A stretch of 63,782 bases of DNA, the filler included, from Intoshia linei (taxonomy: Eukaryota; Animalia; Orthonectida), in assembly GCA_001642005.1 (NCBI GenBank). It is 6 parts of 6 records of this genome, joined end to end, with 100 filler letters (N's around TTAATTAATTAA, not from the genome) between each part and the next. Parts side by side here need not be neighbours in the genome. Positions count along the whole stretch, not along the records: positions 27,623 to 58,424 come from LWCA01000352.1; 5 more parts are not named here. The stretch is one strand, 5' to 3'. The translations under genes were made by a program, and so were the position numbers. Position 1 is the first letter of the stretch. Each line of letters begins with the position of its first letter. Below, in pieces: positions 41,258 to 57,368 of the stretch. The notes under the pieces were generated by a model. It was not told the DNA's origin. It did not search any database and saw only the letters and a program-made list of their open reading frames with translations.

Positions 41258-44200
41258 TCAAGTAGTGTCTTTAATTTTATTTTCATTGATAAATTTCAGT
41301 CGAGAATTCAAGTGTATTGTGTAGTCAAATGGAATAGATTGATATAAAGAATAATCAAAATAAGGATACGAAACTTTTATTTTTAATGTTCCTGTAAATT
41401 TACATTTAGTTTAATTGAAAATATATCGATATACCCATATCCCACGCTTTAAGCATGACAATTTTCAAATTTTCATATTGTTTACGACAGATTGCTAATT
41501 TTATAAATAAATCAAAAAATTATTTAATCCAATTTATATAATTGATTTTAAAATTATTTTCATTTTAAGGTTAAATCATTCACCCGTTAAATGTGTAATT
41601 TATTCAGCTTATATAATAAATGTATTATACTATTGTAGTCTAGAAAATTTACTGTATTTTACTTCATTTTAAAATTTAATGTATTGTAAACATTTTTTCA
41701 TTAGCATAAACATGGGATAGACGAAATTTTTGTAAAATGGGCCTCATTTTTATAAATTGAGTATTAAATAGTATTAAGTAGTATTAAGTATTAAAACAAT
41801 TAGATTCTTGAATATCATAACTATTTTGTGTGTTAAATTTAAAATATCAAGTCAAGAGCCTTAGAGAAGGGATTTACAACGTCCGGCAGTGGGCAATACA
41901 TCTGATCATAATGCAATATATCAGGCATTCTCAATCCTTTTTCGCTGTGGACCCCCAAAAAAAATTAATAATAATGACAATTTTTAATGAATCATTACAT
42001 TTGGGTGAAACCAATGATGGTCAAAAGACATAGAGTACTCTATTTTTGCGAGGTGATAAACTTGATGAACTATTAATATTAACCTTTAATCAATGTTCCA
42101 AAATGGAACATGTTTTTCAGGTATTGTTTACAGTACATTATTAATTGTTTACCACATATTTTATCAGATCAATAAAAAGTCTATATTATCTATCTTCCCT
42201 GTGAAGAATTAATATTTTATATCCCTTGGTTGACGTTTCATAAAATCATGAATATTGACTGATTTTTTGTCCCATTTTCAATTTGAAATTTAAAGTTTTT
42301 TTTTATAACTAGAAACTTGGCTTGGTCATAAATTTTAATAAAATATTTAAATAAAACCGCTGTTCCTAAAATAGAACAATGGAGGTTTCCCAATAAGTTT
42401 TTACACTTGTAAGTGATTTAATTTACTACCAAAGAATTTACTTTTACATAATTTTCACGTTTTATATTAGTATTTCTAAGCCTTTATGTTTTAAAAACGA
42501 CTTGATGTTACTGAAAATGTCTATGATATGTAATAAATGTATATAATTTTCATGGACCCCCAAAAAAGTGCTGTGGACCCCGTTGAGAATGGCTGCAATA
42601 TATCACTCTATTTCAAATTAAAAAGTTAAAATGAGATTTTATTCAAGGTCTATTTAAAATATTTTAATCAAATAGTTACATTCTTGACTTTGCCCCAGTT
42701 TCTCAAATGTTAGCGAAAAGCACACAAAATCAAGGCAGTCACTGATTTTTTTTATGTCTTTATTAATATTTACATAATTTTTATGTCTTCCACTCTAATG
42801 TATCAAAAAATCGGTTTTTAATGGAACTTTTTTCTATTGTCCAATTATTATTAATTATTTACTGAAAAATTAAATATTAATGTTTTTTCTTATGGAATCA
42901 GTCAGAAGAATTATTGATCTTAAAATTTAGTAAAATGGGATTTTTCATAAAAATATTGGTAAAAGCAATTTTTTTCCTTAAGGGTTGGTAGAATTTGGTT
43001 TTTTCATTTGGAATCAGATAGAGTAGTTTTTATTCTAAAACTTTAGTAAAAATGGATTTTTAAAAAAAAATATTGGTAAAAAGGGATTTCTTCCTTAAGG
43101 GTTGGTAAAATTGTGGTTTTTCTCATAAGATTATATTAAATTAGATAATTTAATGAAATATGTTGAAAATTGTAGATTCGCCTACAATCATCTAAATTTT
43201 CGTATTCACCCCATGAGAAGCACTGCATTAATCCTACTATTGATATTTATTCCGATTCAGATAAATGACAAATATGGTGTTAATTTATATGAATGAATTA
43301 AGGATTAATTTTAATTGAAAATTGCAAATTGAAAAACTGATATTATGCTATGCTATACTATGCTGATACTGTATTAAAATTAAAGAAAATTATTTTATTA
43401 ACCTAATACTGACTACTGTTACTATATACGTATACTGACAGAGTAAACTTTCTCAATGTCGAAGTAAATTTTGTGCGGCCGTAGTATCAATGAGTAAAGT
43501 AGCATGGTGGCTTAATTAGTGGAAAGGTTTTGCACCCCTGCCTTAGAGGATCGTTAGGGGCTATATGAGACTATGTATAGTTCATGAAAAAAATTTAAGG
43601 GGCTATTTTTCATTTCCGGGTGGCCTCGAGCTTGGTAGGTTCAAATCTGCATAAAGAATAGTATGATTTACCAAAATAAATTTTTCAAATAAATTAATTT
43701 TTTAACTAATAAATTCGAAAAAGTGGGTGGCACGAGGTACTTTTAAAATCAAAAATATCCACATTAGTATGCAGAAAATGAAACAGCGCTTAATTACAAT
43801 AAATACCATAATTAATTTTTACATTAAATAAAATTCAAAAAGGAATCAATTTCAAGTCTCATTTTACTTTAAATATCAGAAACGTACATAAAATGTGAAC
43901 TGGAAGTATTTGGCCCGTGTATTCGTTGAGAAATTGCTTCAAAAGCAAGATATTCTAAATTGAATAAATTAATTAATATAGCATATACACAACTCAAAAT
44001 AAATACGAAAGGTCAACCTAGTAAGTGTCCATATACCTGAAATTAAACTAATCAGAAATTAATAATTCCAATAAAATCTTATAATAAAATATGTCTCATT
44101 TACATGAAGTAAAGGTTACTAAAGTTTAGTCACACATGTGCGTCTGTGAGTAACCATTTATTTAAAAAATTGACAGTTCTAGAAATTAAAATTCAGCTTT

Positions 44201-47200
44201 TTCCATAGCAAAAAGTAAGATAAATTTCAATCTCATAAATTTGCAGCTTCAGTGAAAACCCATATTACTCCTTTTTTAAAACGAAGAAAACAAAGTCATA
44301 AAAAGTAGTCTACGCTTAAAAAAATAGAAATTACAATACAGTTTTCAAGTCTGATGCAATCCATGACCTGCCAATTTTATTATTTCAAATTTGCATTTTG
44401 AGGTTCAAAAGCACAAATTCAAATTCAAAACCCATTAGTTTATAAATATATTGTAATATTTAATAATTATAATAAAATTGAATAATTTGTAATCAAATGA
44501 ATATTTTAATAAACAATGGAAAAAAATTGTCTTTATCATGTAAGACTACAAAATGAAAAAATGTTTATAAAAATGTGACCTCTATATATTGCTTAATTGA
44601 TCGTTCATTATCTAAAAATTAAAAATAACTATTTGGACTGTTAATTAAACATTTCATTATACGATAATTTTGTTATACTTAAGAAATTTTCCAACATCAC
44701 CTATTAATAAATTTAAAAAGTATGCCCTCATGATTTTAGGCCCGTGTCATATGGCCCCTAGCCCCTCTCCACGGCCCTAGTTTTAGTACTAAATAATTTT
44801 ACAATATATTGTACAGGTCACAGCGTAAAATATTCAATCTGAAATTAACTTTAAAATTTATATCATTACTTTTGGATGAAGTACCAAATGATCATCTCGG
44901 CATAATGGGCAAGGATTGGTAGTTTGTAAAATTCCTTTTCTCTAAAAATAATACAAGTTTTAAAAAACGTATAAATTTTTACTTATAGTTGATAATTATG
45001 GCAAAAAATAATAAATTAATAAAAATCTTACATGAGCCGAACCTACCGTAACCAAGACCCCTCCTATGCACATAGACTAAATTTTTGTAAAATGGGGAGC
45101 CAGTTTTTCTAAATTGAGCATTGAAAAAATATTTTTTCAATATTGAACTTTTTTTGTGTCAATTGTAAACTGCCGAGTTCAGACCACTGCATGACTGCAG
45201 TGGAGAGGTCAATAGAGCTTGAACATTACTCATTGTTTGGAAACAATTTACCAGGATCTATTTTTTATTTTGGGTAAAAGGCAATCGAACCAGAGCCGTT
45301 TTAAGGCATAGGCAATATGGGATATAGCCCAGGGTCCCTCATTAAAAAAGGCCCCAAATTAATAAAAGTACTTTACATTTATATCTTGAAATATATTTAT
45401 TTATTATATATCATTATATTTTTAAATAAATATAAATATATCTCAATTATTAATAGTAGTCTTGATTTGACACCACAGTTAATACTATAAAATTAAAGTA
45501 AAAATTACATTTTAAAACAATGCATTTACAAAATTTTTTCAGATTAAATTTTTTAATTAAACAAATTTAACCGTAGACCCGATGGTACGATCACGGGTTA
45601 TTTTTTAATTTTGTACGAAAATAAGACAAAATTGCGTGTTAGGTATAAATATCGTTAAAATTACAATGCACATTTTGCGAGTTGTTTTTGGAACAATATG
45701 CCCACGAAAATTTCTTTTGTAAGCTTGCCATACATATAAATCTCGATAGGTTATTTTGTATGCTAAATTTACAAATCAATTCCTAAATTCAATTAAATTT
45801 TAATTTAAAAAGATGTATAAAAATTTTAAAATGCCAATTACGCCAGTGTGGCAGATGCTTAGCGTGACTTTTCTCACAAGGTGTTCTGGAATGGTTCCTT
45901 GGTAACGTAAAATTTTAAAATAAAGTTAAAATAAATACAGAAATATAAAGAAATGTTCATAAGGGGTCGCGAATACAGAAAATTTGAAAACCACTTCTAT
46001 AAAGTATGCTTGAAAGATAAATTGTATTTGATGTGAATTTAATTTGTTTCATTCTTGTAAATAAAATTTTTGACCAATTAGAAATAGAATACTGTATTTA
46101 AATTAAAGTCTAAATCTATATCTAAGTGTAAGTTTTTCATTTATTTGCAACACCTTGAGTAAAATTTGACAATGTAAATCTCTATAGAAAATATTTCCAT
46201 ATTATAAATGTTAGCAAAAGATGTATCATTAGATACTATAATATTGTGTTCGCTAAAATTTCAAGACACCTTGAGTATAATATTAAAATTTAAATCTCTA
46301 TAGAAAATAATTAAACAATGAAACAGCAATAATGAAATTATAATGTTAAGTCTAAATATATATCTAAGTGCAAGGTGTTCATTTTATTTTCAACACAGCT
46401 TGAGTAAAATTTGACAATGTAAATCTCTATAAAAAATATTTTCATATTATAAATGTGAGCATAAATTTATCATTAAGATACTATGAAATTGTGTTCGCTA
46501 AATTTTCAAAACACCTTAACTTAAGGCTTAAGTAAAGTATAATTTTAGAATTTAAATCTCTATAGAAAATATTTATCCAATTTTTACGATGTACAAATTT
46601 ATTCTAATTGAAATTTTTGAGTTTAAAATTTTGTACTGATTTTTTTTAAATATAGATTTTAACAGATAATTTATTATTGACATTTTATATAAATATCGAA
46701 TATGAACTATGATGTGATATCGAACTTAAATTATAAAAATTATGTTATTTATTAAATAGAATTTTTTTAAATTTTAAATTATCTAGGGTGTTCGGCGAAC
46801 ACCTTGCACACTATGACCTACACCACTGCAGTGTGGGAAACAATCTTGCCCATAAACCTGATAATGGACCTGCTGGTTAGCTATTTTTTATCATATTCAA
46901 AATTACTTTTTTGTTTTAGAAAATATTTAAAACAATAAATCTTTTTGAATAATTTTCGATACATATGGGTATATCAATCCAAAAAGAAATCTACCTTATC
47001 TGTCATACCACTCTGAATAAGCAAAGTTTTAGTCATATTTTTTATTCTATTTTAAAAATATTGAAAAATGTACCTTCACTGTTCATATATTCTATACTTT
47101 CTTTGTAATCAATATCTGTAGACAATTCATAGGGAACCCTTATATCTAGACGTTTAATAACTTCAATAGATTTAGGCAAATCAAATTTCCTTGAATTGTT

Positions 47201-47236
47201 ACGAAAAGTATTCAATAAAATACTAGAAATCTTCAT
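41258..47236 (-). CDS. MRPS18B: Mitochondrial ribosomal protein S18B (mS40)
   Basis: Six in-phase exons: ESIEYMNSE / YKITYRDLYVWQAYKRNFRGHIVPKTTRKMCI / NPCPLCRDDHL / NILLLKQFL...TGQI / ICRKQY...AWDMG / ...FDYS. Confidence 0.9.
41922..42595. mobile_element. Complete hAT MITE with a perfect 8-bp TSD, nested in an older MITE
   Basis: TSD CAATATAT at 41914-41921 and 42596-42603. TIR CAGGCATTCTCAA...TTGAGAATGGCTG. The interrupted host element matches 56124-56630. Confidence 0.85.
46105..46575 (+). repeat. Tandem duplication of ~240-bp units in MRPS18B intron 1
   Basis: 'aagtctaaat.tatatctaagtg...ttgagtaaaatttgacaatgtaaatctctata...gtgttcgctaaa' occurs at ~46105 and ~46347. Confidence 0.8.
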
Positions 47237-47362
47237 ATCAATGAAATAAAATTCTCTTGTTATTAAATATCGACCGTTTTTTATTTATATTTGATTTTCA
47301 TTTTTTTCATTTGATTTACAGTTCTTCTCAGTAAATTATATTATAATAGATAATTGTTCGTC

Positions 47363-47412
47363 CTCGGGAGAGCTAGGTGCTGTTTGTACCAAGTACATAA
47401 CAGTCAACTTAG
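47363..47412 (+). mobile_element. Helitron-like 3' terminus (hairpin plus TTAG/CTAG), in the MRPS18B/SPR divergent promoter
   Basis: Nearly identical to 54094-54143 and similar to the reverse complement of 62140-62189. Confidence 0.55.
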
Positions 47413-47646
47413 TTTTAAAAATAAAAATTTTAAATTTGAATATTAAATTTACAATTAAAATTATTTGCCTATACAATGTTTGTACTGATGTCTTTTGTAA
47501 TTGTGCCAGATGCACTAATGAAAAACAAAATTAACAGTAACTTTAACAGTATCGAGTATACACTTGGTACCAATATTAATATATCGCAATCTATGAGAGA
47601 TAAAATCAATAAAAATATATCAAAGTAGTTAAATTGATACATTTAA

Positions 47647-49899
<2,253 letters not shown>

Positions 49900-49949
49900 A
49901 AAGAAATAAAATATACAATTTATTAAAAATTGATAAATAGAATAAATAA

Positions 49950-51182
49950 TTACAAATTGTATTGTAGGTTGAATCTGTGAGTGTCATTTCGTTTTTCATT
50001 GTCATTTTTGCTATTAAATTCAGGCAATTGGTGGAATTTTTGACTTGATTTGTTCATTTTGACATTAGATTTAATTTTAGGTGGTACGGTGAATACAGGT
50101 ATATTTAAATGTTGACTAATCTCAGTAATGAGTGCATAGTCGTAATATAAAAGATCCAACCAAACATAAGTTAAAGTGATACAAATGACATACGATTCAG
50201 GAATTGGACTATTGAAATACTGATTAATAATGATGAATCCTGGACCAAGAAAAGAAGTATCCAAAAAATTAACTTTAAATCGACTTATATTACATATAAT
50301 TAGATTGGTGCTAATTTTAATGAATGATGTGCCAAAGATAAGAGTAAACAAAACAGGCTGGTTAGAGTAAAGAGAGAATTGTGACTTCCAATTAATCATA
50401 CACATTGAAACAAATAAAATGGTTGCTGGAACAAGTGGAGACAGTACACTCGTGTTGGCAATAGAAGACCCATTCTTCCCAATTCCACCTTTAAAAAATA
50501 TCATGCAAATATCATCTTTAATGACATATATTTCGATTGCAATGGTCATTATACAAAAGATATAATTCAATTTAAATCCAAAAATGTCCATGAGAAATAT
50601 ATCATCTCCAAAAACGGTTGCAATCATAAATCCAAACATTACCAAGAATTGAGACTCTGTAACAGAAAACTTGGAAAATAGAATCCTGCCAGTGAGGTAT
50701 CCACGCCAATGTACAATGTAAAATATACTCTGAGCAGTAAAGACCATCATAAGATACAAATATGGATACATGCCCAATCTTAATGAAGTCATGATTGAAA
50801 TTGATATAAATATTGTCGATATAGCGTCACAACCATGATCAAATATTTCGCCCAAAGCACTACTCATTCCAATTTTTCTGGCGTGCTTTCCGTCAATGGC
50901 ATCCAAGGATTGGTAGAAAAATAAACCCAACGCACACAAAAAATGACACCATCTTGGCGCAGAATCTGTAGAATTCAAATTTACCGATAAAAGTATCGTT
51001 GCAGTCACTACGTTGACAATTAAGCCCACTATCGTTATCGTATTTGGAGCTATGTTGGCCGGTACATGTTTGACTAACCATATCCAGAACGGCTGCATGT
51101 ACACATCCAATACTGATAAATTATCACAGGAATATTTGTGATGCTTTATAACCTCCAATTGTTTTTCGTTCAATACGTTCAT
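49950..51182 (-). CDS. CEPT1: Choline/ethanolamine phosphotransferase (CEPT1/CHPT1), single exon, 410 aa
   Basis: CDP-alcohol phosphotransferase motif YQSLDAIDGKHAR...SALGEIFDHGCD; also APNTITIVG and GGIGKNGSSIANTSVLSP. Confidence 0.93.
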   Translation of the reverse strand: MNVLNEKQLEVIKHHKYSCDNLSVLDVYMQPFWIWLVKHVPANIAPNTITIVGLIVNVVTATILLSVNLNSTDSAPRWCHFLCALGLFFYQSLDAIDGKHARKIGMSSALGEIFDHGCDAISTIFISISIMTSLRLGMYPYLYLMMVFTAQSIFYIVHWRGYLTGRILFSKFSVTESQFLVMFGFMIATVFGDDIFLMDIFGFKLNYIFCIMTIAIEIYVIKDDICMIFFKGGIGKNGSSIANTSVLSPLVPATILFVSMCMINWKSQFSLYSNQPVLFTLIFGTSFIKISTNLIICNISRFKVNFLDTSFLGPGFIIINQYFNSPIPESYVICITLTYVWLDLLYYDYALITEISQHLNIPVFTVPPKIKSNVKMNKSSQKFHQLPEFNSKNDNEKRNDTHRFNLQYNL

Positions 51183-52311
51183 TTAACGATATGTCAATAA
51201 ATTAGTCTTCATCTTTATTTCTTTACTCTGGACGATATTTAAATGAGAACATTGATACAGTTCTTAGATTCAGTTGTTTTCAGTGTATAGCAACACTGTT
51301 TTGTGTGTTTTTAGCACTGAGATTCGTTTTGTTTATCAGTTGTAATTTCAGTCTAATTTTATGTCAATTATAGAATACACGCATTTGTATCCAATTTACT
51401 TGATTTTTGTTTTTTAGGTAGTATTCATTATTTTACTCTGACTTGTTTATCTTTTTCTACGACATAACGCTTGGTTCTATTTTTAGTGTAACCTATTTGC
51501 ATAATTAAAAAAATTGATTAGTGCCCAGAATGTGTATCTGCGCAGCTAGACTAAATTCCATCGTATAAATTTATAATTAAAAAAATGTATATTATGCATT
51601 GAATAACGGGCCGTAATTAATGTGTGATTAAATTAAATGTCTGATGTAAATTTTAAATAATATGTGTTAATGGAGCATAATCCGTCCCGGCTTGGGAGCC
51701 ATTTTTTACCATCATCAAAACCTGGTTTTTGATGAAATACTTATTCTTAACAGTGTATAGCACATTTTAGTTAATTCCATTTTATAATGTAGATTACATT
51801 GTGAACCAATGTTCGCAAATGTGTAGAGCGAGTTGTAATGATTTTTAGGTAGTACAGCATAAGGAATCTTTAAAAAATAACAAATTTTTTGGTAGAAATT
51901 TATTTCGAAAGGTGGCTGATATATGTTACGATCGCGGATGTAAATTAACCCTGACGCCACCTTTAAGATATTTTTAAACAGTAAGAAAAAATAATCAATA
52001 ATATAAGATGAAAAAGATATTCATTTAATTGGGATGAAACAATCAACATTAGTGATAATAATAAAAATTTTAAATTATACTTACGAGTAAATAAATTATT
52101 TAATTAATATTAATTAACAATAATAATGTAAAGTAATTAATTTATGTTATAAATTTATTTTTATATACACAATGTGTATCACGTGTATATTTTAAATCTA
52201 ATATTTACTAAGAAGATATGTATTGTACAATGTTCAGAATGTGTACAAAAATATAAATTTTGAAAAATGTATTGGTATTGGTAAATAATACATGTATAAT
52301 ATATAATTTAC

Positions 52312-55300
52312 ATTATAGAATATATTTTGAATCTGTGGTTTTCAAATTGGATGAAAATTCGTCTAATAAATTGTCAAATTTATCTTTTTCCTAAAATTTG
52401 AATAAATATACCAAAATACAATGTTTCAGATAATGATATATTATGATTTAATATTGATTTCCAAACTTTTCAAGTTGATGACTGCTTTGAATCACAAAAA
52501 ATTATACATACTAAAAATCAACCTTTTAGACTAGTCGTTATAAATGAGGATTCGTCTACCCTTGGTGTGGGTAGTGCTTGCTCTCGAAAAATTTAAATAT
52601 TCTTAAATTTAAAATTATATTTGAAAATTTTCAAAAATATAAGCTTGTTACATGAATGCAAAAATAAAATCTTCAAAGAATAATCATTTTTAATTGTCGC
52701 TAATAAATTTAAGCGTGTAACAACAAAATAATTTCAGTTATTACAATAAAAAAACAACATTAAATTATAGTGTAATTCAATTCAGTTTTATAATTTAATT
52801 TTTTAATTTGGTATTAGGTTTTTTTTCTTTAAGATAACCGCGATGTTCTATGAAAATTAATAGGACTATTTTAAGTGAGAAAACGAAAAGGCAAAATGCT
52901 CTATTTGGGGTACAATGATGAATTATAAAAATTCTTCAATACCTGGTTTACATCGTTACTTAACACGCGTACATTTTATGATCAAATCATTGGGTGAACC
53001 TGTAAATAAAACATACAAAAAATTCCAATATAACAGTGTATTTAAAAAAATAATGATAGCCACGAAAGGGTTAAAGTCATAATTGATTGCTTACGATGGA
53101 CTAACCATAAACCAAGTTACCCGATCAAATTTTATTTAAAAAAAGTTAAGACCAATAGGCTTGCCTATATCTCAAAATTGTGTCATTAATTTTGTAAATA
53201 GTTATTTTGAAAAAATTAGAAGACAAATAATTGAAAAGATTTATGAGATAAAATGTAATAATAGAAAATATCATTTGATAAGTGGACCAGTTTTATAAAT
53301 AAAAAATATTTGAATGTACATCTTTACAGTCTCAAAAATAACTTTAATCTTGGACTTATTCCCATATATGGAAGTTGTGATGATACAAAATGTTAAATAA
53401 ATCCATTTAAATCAATAATTCAATAAGTTCAATAAATCCTACTTTGGGTGTTTTATTTAACATTTTAAAGTTAACAACCAATTAATACCAGATTGTAATC
53501 CTTCATTATTTAAAAAATATTAAAAATTTTGGAACTGTTAGTACTTTTAGTTTTTCTATAATTAAAAATTTTTATTGTATTACTAACAGTATGATTTAAT
53601 TTTTTCTCGAGAAATTGGAAGCACTAGGTGTGGGTTGAAAAGTTTAAAGAGTACTTAGGGTTTACTATATCTATCCAAAATTTTTTAAATAACCAATGTA
53701 ATTATACTTAAAGCAGATACTCAATATATTCCATCACATTAAAAAAAAAATACTTATTTATTTACAATTTTATTTTTTCCGGAATTTAGGCTATTTATGA
53801 CAATTTTTAGAATTGTACTGTTTTTACTTTATTTCTAAGATTATATACTTATTCTGTCTAATATATTAAAAAAATGGGATAACTCAATTGCTTTTAAAAT
53901 TATTTACACAGATGTTAAAAAACAAAATGTTAATATGGAATAATTCAATTTAAAGTAAAAAGTAATGTGATATGACGGTTCCACCTGAAACAAATTTGGA
54001 AAACCACTCCTTTTAAAGATTGATAATAATGAATAGTAGCATTTTTAAGTAAGATTTTAGTAATTAATTTATTTTTTTGGTAGAACTAAATTTCTCGGCA
54101 GAGCTAGGTGCTGTTTGTACCAAGTACATGACAGTCAACCTAGTATTATATAATTTATGATTGTTAATAATAATATTGTATAATAGAAAATATATCAAAA
54201 ATTAAAATATACACAATGAAACTTTTTAAACACATTTTTCAATGAATGTTTCTTTTTCACGGAATCTTCATTATAATGTACATTAAAATTGCTATTATTT
54301 TGGAAAAATGTAAAAAACTCGTTGAGCGAATAAAACAGTGTTGACCAATAATCATACAAGTTGTACTAAAAAATTCATTAAAAGTATTTATTATGTATTT
54401 ATTGAATATTACGTTCAACTACAATATATTCCAAGTAATAAAAACGTTATACCGATTTTAGTGAATTTTTAATGGTTTTTTTCAGTAGTATAAGAATAAT
54501 AAAAAATTACTTGATTGAATACTTTTGGGTTGGTAGATACTTTATTATATTTATTTTTTAATTTATTATTCATCATGCTTTTAATCTCAACCAAATCATC
54601 ATTTCTTTCCTAGGAAAATTGTAAAATACCTTTAAATAATAATTACCCTTAACATAGAATCCAAAGTTTCAATTAATTGTTTGTTTATTTTTACTTTGGT
54701 CTAAATGTTTATAGTGTTAATATTGTAATATTAAAATTAATAAATTATAAATTTTTTACTATCGAGTATTTACCTTATTTGAACCAAGTGATTTTAGTGT
54801 AGATTTTAGTTGGGATGTAGACGTGGATTTTTTTTTTGACTGAAAATTTGAAGAAACACAAGAAGAATTTGAGTCATTTGATTCAATTACACCGAGCAAC
54901 TGATTAATACAATTTTTAGTTTGATTTATCTAAACAGATAATTATTAAAATTTTAATTAAGAAAAACATTTTTAATTTTTTCTACATCATCTTCCTGAAA
55001 CATTTCCTTTAAATCTGAAATTTCTTTTTGTAGTTTAATAAAATGAATTTTTTCTGTGGGTGTTAAAGATTTGTAAATTTTTTTCATATCATCATAACGT
55101 TTCATACTATCCTGACACGATAAATCTGCAATTTCGGAATCTGGCTTTTTAAAGCTTGTCATAACTGCAATTGATTTTTTATGTATACTTTTTTCCATTT
55201 TACACTGTATTTTAACATTTTTTTTACTTTTTGTAACTTCATTGTGTATATTTTCATTAGTAAATGTTTTATTCATATTCATTATATTCTCACGTAATTT

Positions 55301-57368
55301 GTAAATTTCCATATTTTTATTTGTCAATTCTTGGTTTAGTTTTTCAATTTGTGCAATCTTTTTCATTTCAGTCTAAATAAAATTTAGAAATATTCATTAA
55401 TCATAATAAGCAATATTAAAATATTAATACGAATAATGGTATAATAATAACTTAATTAATATATAAATACCCGCCAAGTATTGTACTGCATATACTTATG
55501 AGGTAAAGAAAATTAATTTTAAAATTACATCTTGATATTTTGGTGTTTGAACTGATATAGATTTCATGATTGGATCTGTAGTATGCAATTTTTGTATATA
55601 ATTTTGCCATTCATTAATTTGATAGTACAGTTGATTAAATAAATTTGGTAATTCGTTAAACGTAGAATCGTACCAATTCGGTAATTTCTCTAAATGCACA
55701 CTATATTTTATTTTATCATATTTTAGTAATAAATATTTTACATTTACTCACTTTAGTTTAATTGATATTTAAATTATATAACAAATCTACCTCCATCAAG
55801 ACTATTTTCAAGTTTCTGACAAATTTGACTTTCATGTTCAATTACTGATTTATATAAATTGTGTTTACATTTTTCAATATTAAAATTTAATTTTAACTTA
55901 TTCGAGTCCTATAAATTTTAATAAAAAATTTTAAATTAAATCAATTAAAAAATACATTAATGTTGATATTTTTTTTGTTTTCTCCATTTTTTATTTTCAT
56001 ATTTAAAACTTGCATTTTTGAAATTGCTTCATCATTTTTACGTTGCATTTCATTTAACTAAAAATTTTAAAATTAAAAATTTAATTAGATCAAAGTATAT
56101 CAAGGATAATGTCATGTTAGGGTAGGGGTTCACAACGTGCGGCCGTGGGCAATACATCTGATTATTTCACATTACATGATTTTACTTAAAATTAAAAAGT
56201 TAAAATAAGATTTTATTCAAGGTCTATTTCAAATTTTTTAATCAAAAAGTTACATTCTAGACTTTGCTTCAATTTCTCAAATGTTAGCGATTGGAACAAA
56301 ATATCAAGGCAGTCACTAATATTTTTTTATGTCACTATTATTAATTACATATTTTTTATGTTTTCCACTCCAATGTATAAACAAATCAGTTTTAATGGAA
56401 CTTTTTTCTGTTGTTCAATTATTATTATTAATTATTTACCGAAAAATTAATGATTAATGTTTTTTCAAAAAAATATTAGTAAAAGAAAATTTTTCAAATT
56501 TTTTTAAAATCAGGTTTTTTCTTATGGAATCAGTCAGAAGAATTATTGATCTAAAAATTTATTAAAATGGGATTTTTCATAAAAATATTGGTAAAAGCGA
56601 TTTTTTTCCTTAAGGGTTGGTAAAATTTGGTTTAAATAAAAAAATTCATTTTATTGGTTATAAAATCATTGTATCTTAGACAGAGTCGAGATACTAGCGG
56701 TTTTTGTTGCCCAGAGATGACAAATGACAAATTTTTAACTTTGTAAAAACACTTCTGGTCTGCGGGTCACTGGTTGCCAATCCCTGGTATAAAATATTAC
56801 ATAATTAGTTTTATATTCAATCATTTTGATAATTTCTTCTTTATCAGACTTGTTCAACTTATGACCAAGTCTTATTTCTTTGTGTAATTGTGCTTCTCGT
56901 TGTGTCATTGTTTGTATAATAAAAGTTAATTTTTCAATTTGTTCTTTGAGATTTTTAATTTCATTTGAATATTCTGTAAAATAATCTAGTAAATCAAGCA
57001 TAGAAAATAACAACCATTTTTGTTGTTAAAATTTTCCAGGTACTCATATTTTCTATACTTTCCGATGTAAGCATTATCATTATAAGAATCATTTTCCTTA
57101 AAATGGATATAATGTAAACATACATTTTAATTACTTTTTAACATTTTAACATTTTAAGGTTTGTACGCCCGTATTTGTAATTAAAAAATATTTACTAAAA
57201 AATTAATACCCGGACAAACTTAACGATATATGTTAGTAAAATGTTCTAAAACATACATCAGAAGAGGTATTTGGAAACATTTTATCGATTCTTTTCAATG
57301 CTAGCTGTTGTTCCTGATTGTAAATTTTACTGTAGGCTTTTGAAAGCTCAATATTTTTTTCTTTTAGC
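52312..57368 (-). CDS. Multi-exon coiled-coil protein, unidentified; boundaries approximate
   Basis: Several K/E/Q-rich heptad exons with GT-AG borders (ORFs 54953-55366, 55496-55699, 56735-57013). Confidence 0.55.
54010..54143 (+). mobile_element. Short non-autonomous Helitron-like element
   Basis: Ends with hairpin CTGT.TGTAC-CAA-GTACA..ACAG, then CTAG and T. The upstream part matches the reverse complement of ~62360-62415. Confidence 0.6.
56124..56780. mobile_element. hAT-type MITE, uninterrupted homologue of the element at 41866-43110
   Basis: About 500 bp of high similarity to 41866-41913 plus 42604-43110. Right end reads 'ggttgccaatccctg'. Confidence 0.7.

Noticed and set aside
51715-51960. 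81-aa ORF upstream of CEPT1, and similar short ORFs (22403, 26768, 36826, 63155)
   Set aside because: No motifs or consistent splice context; likely chance ORFs in intronic or TE-derived DNA.
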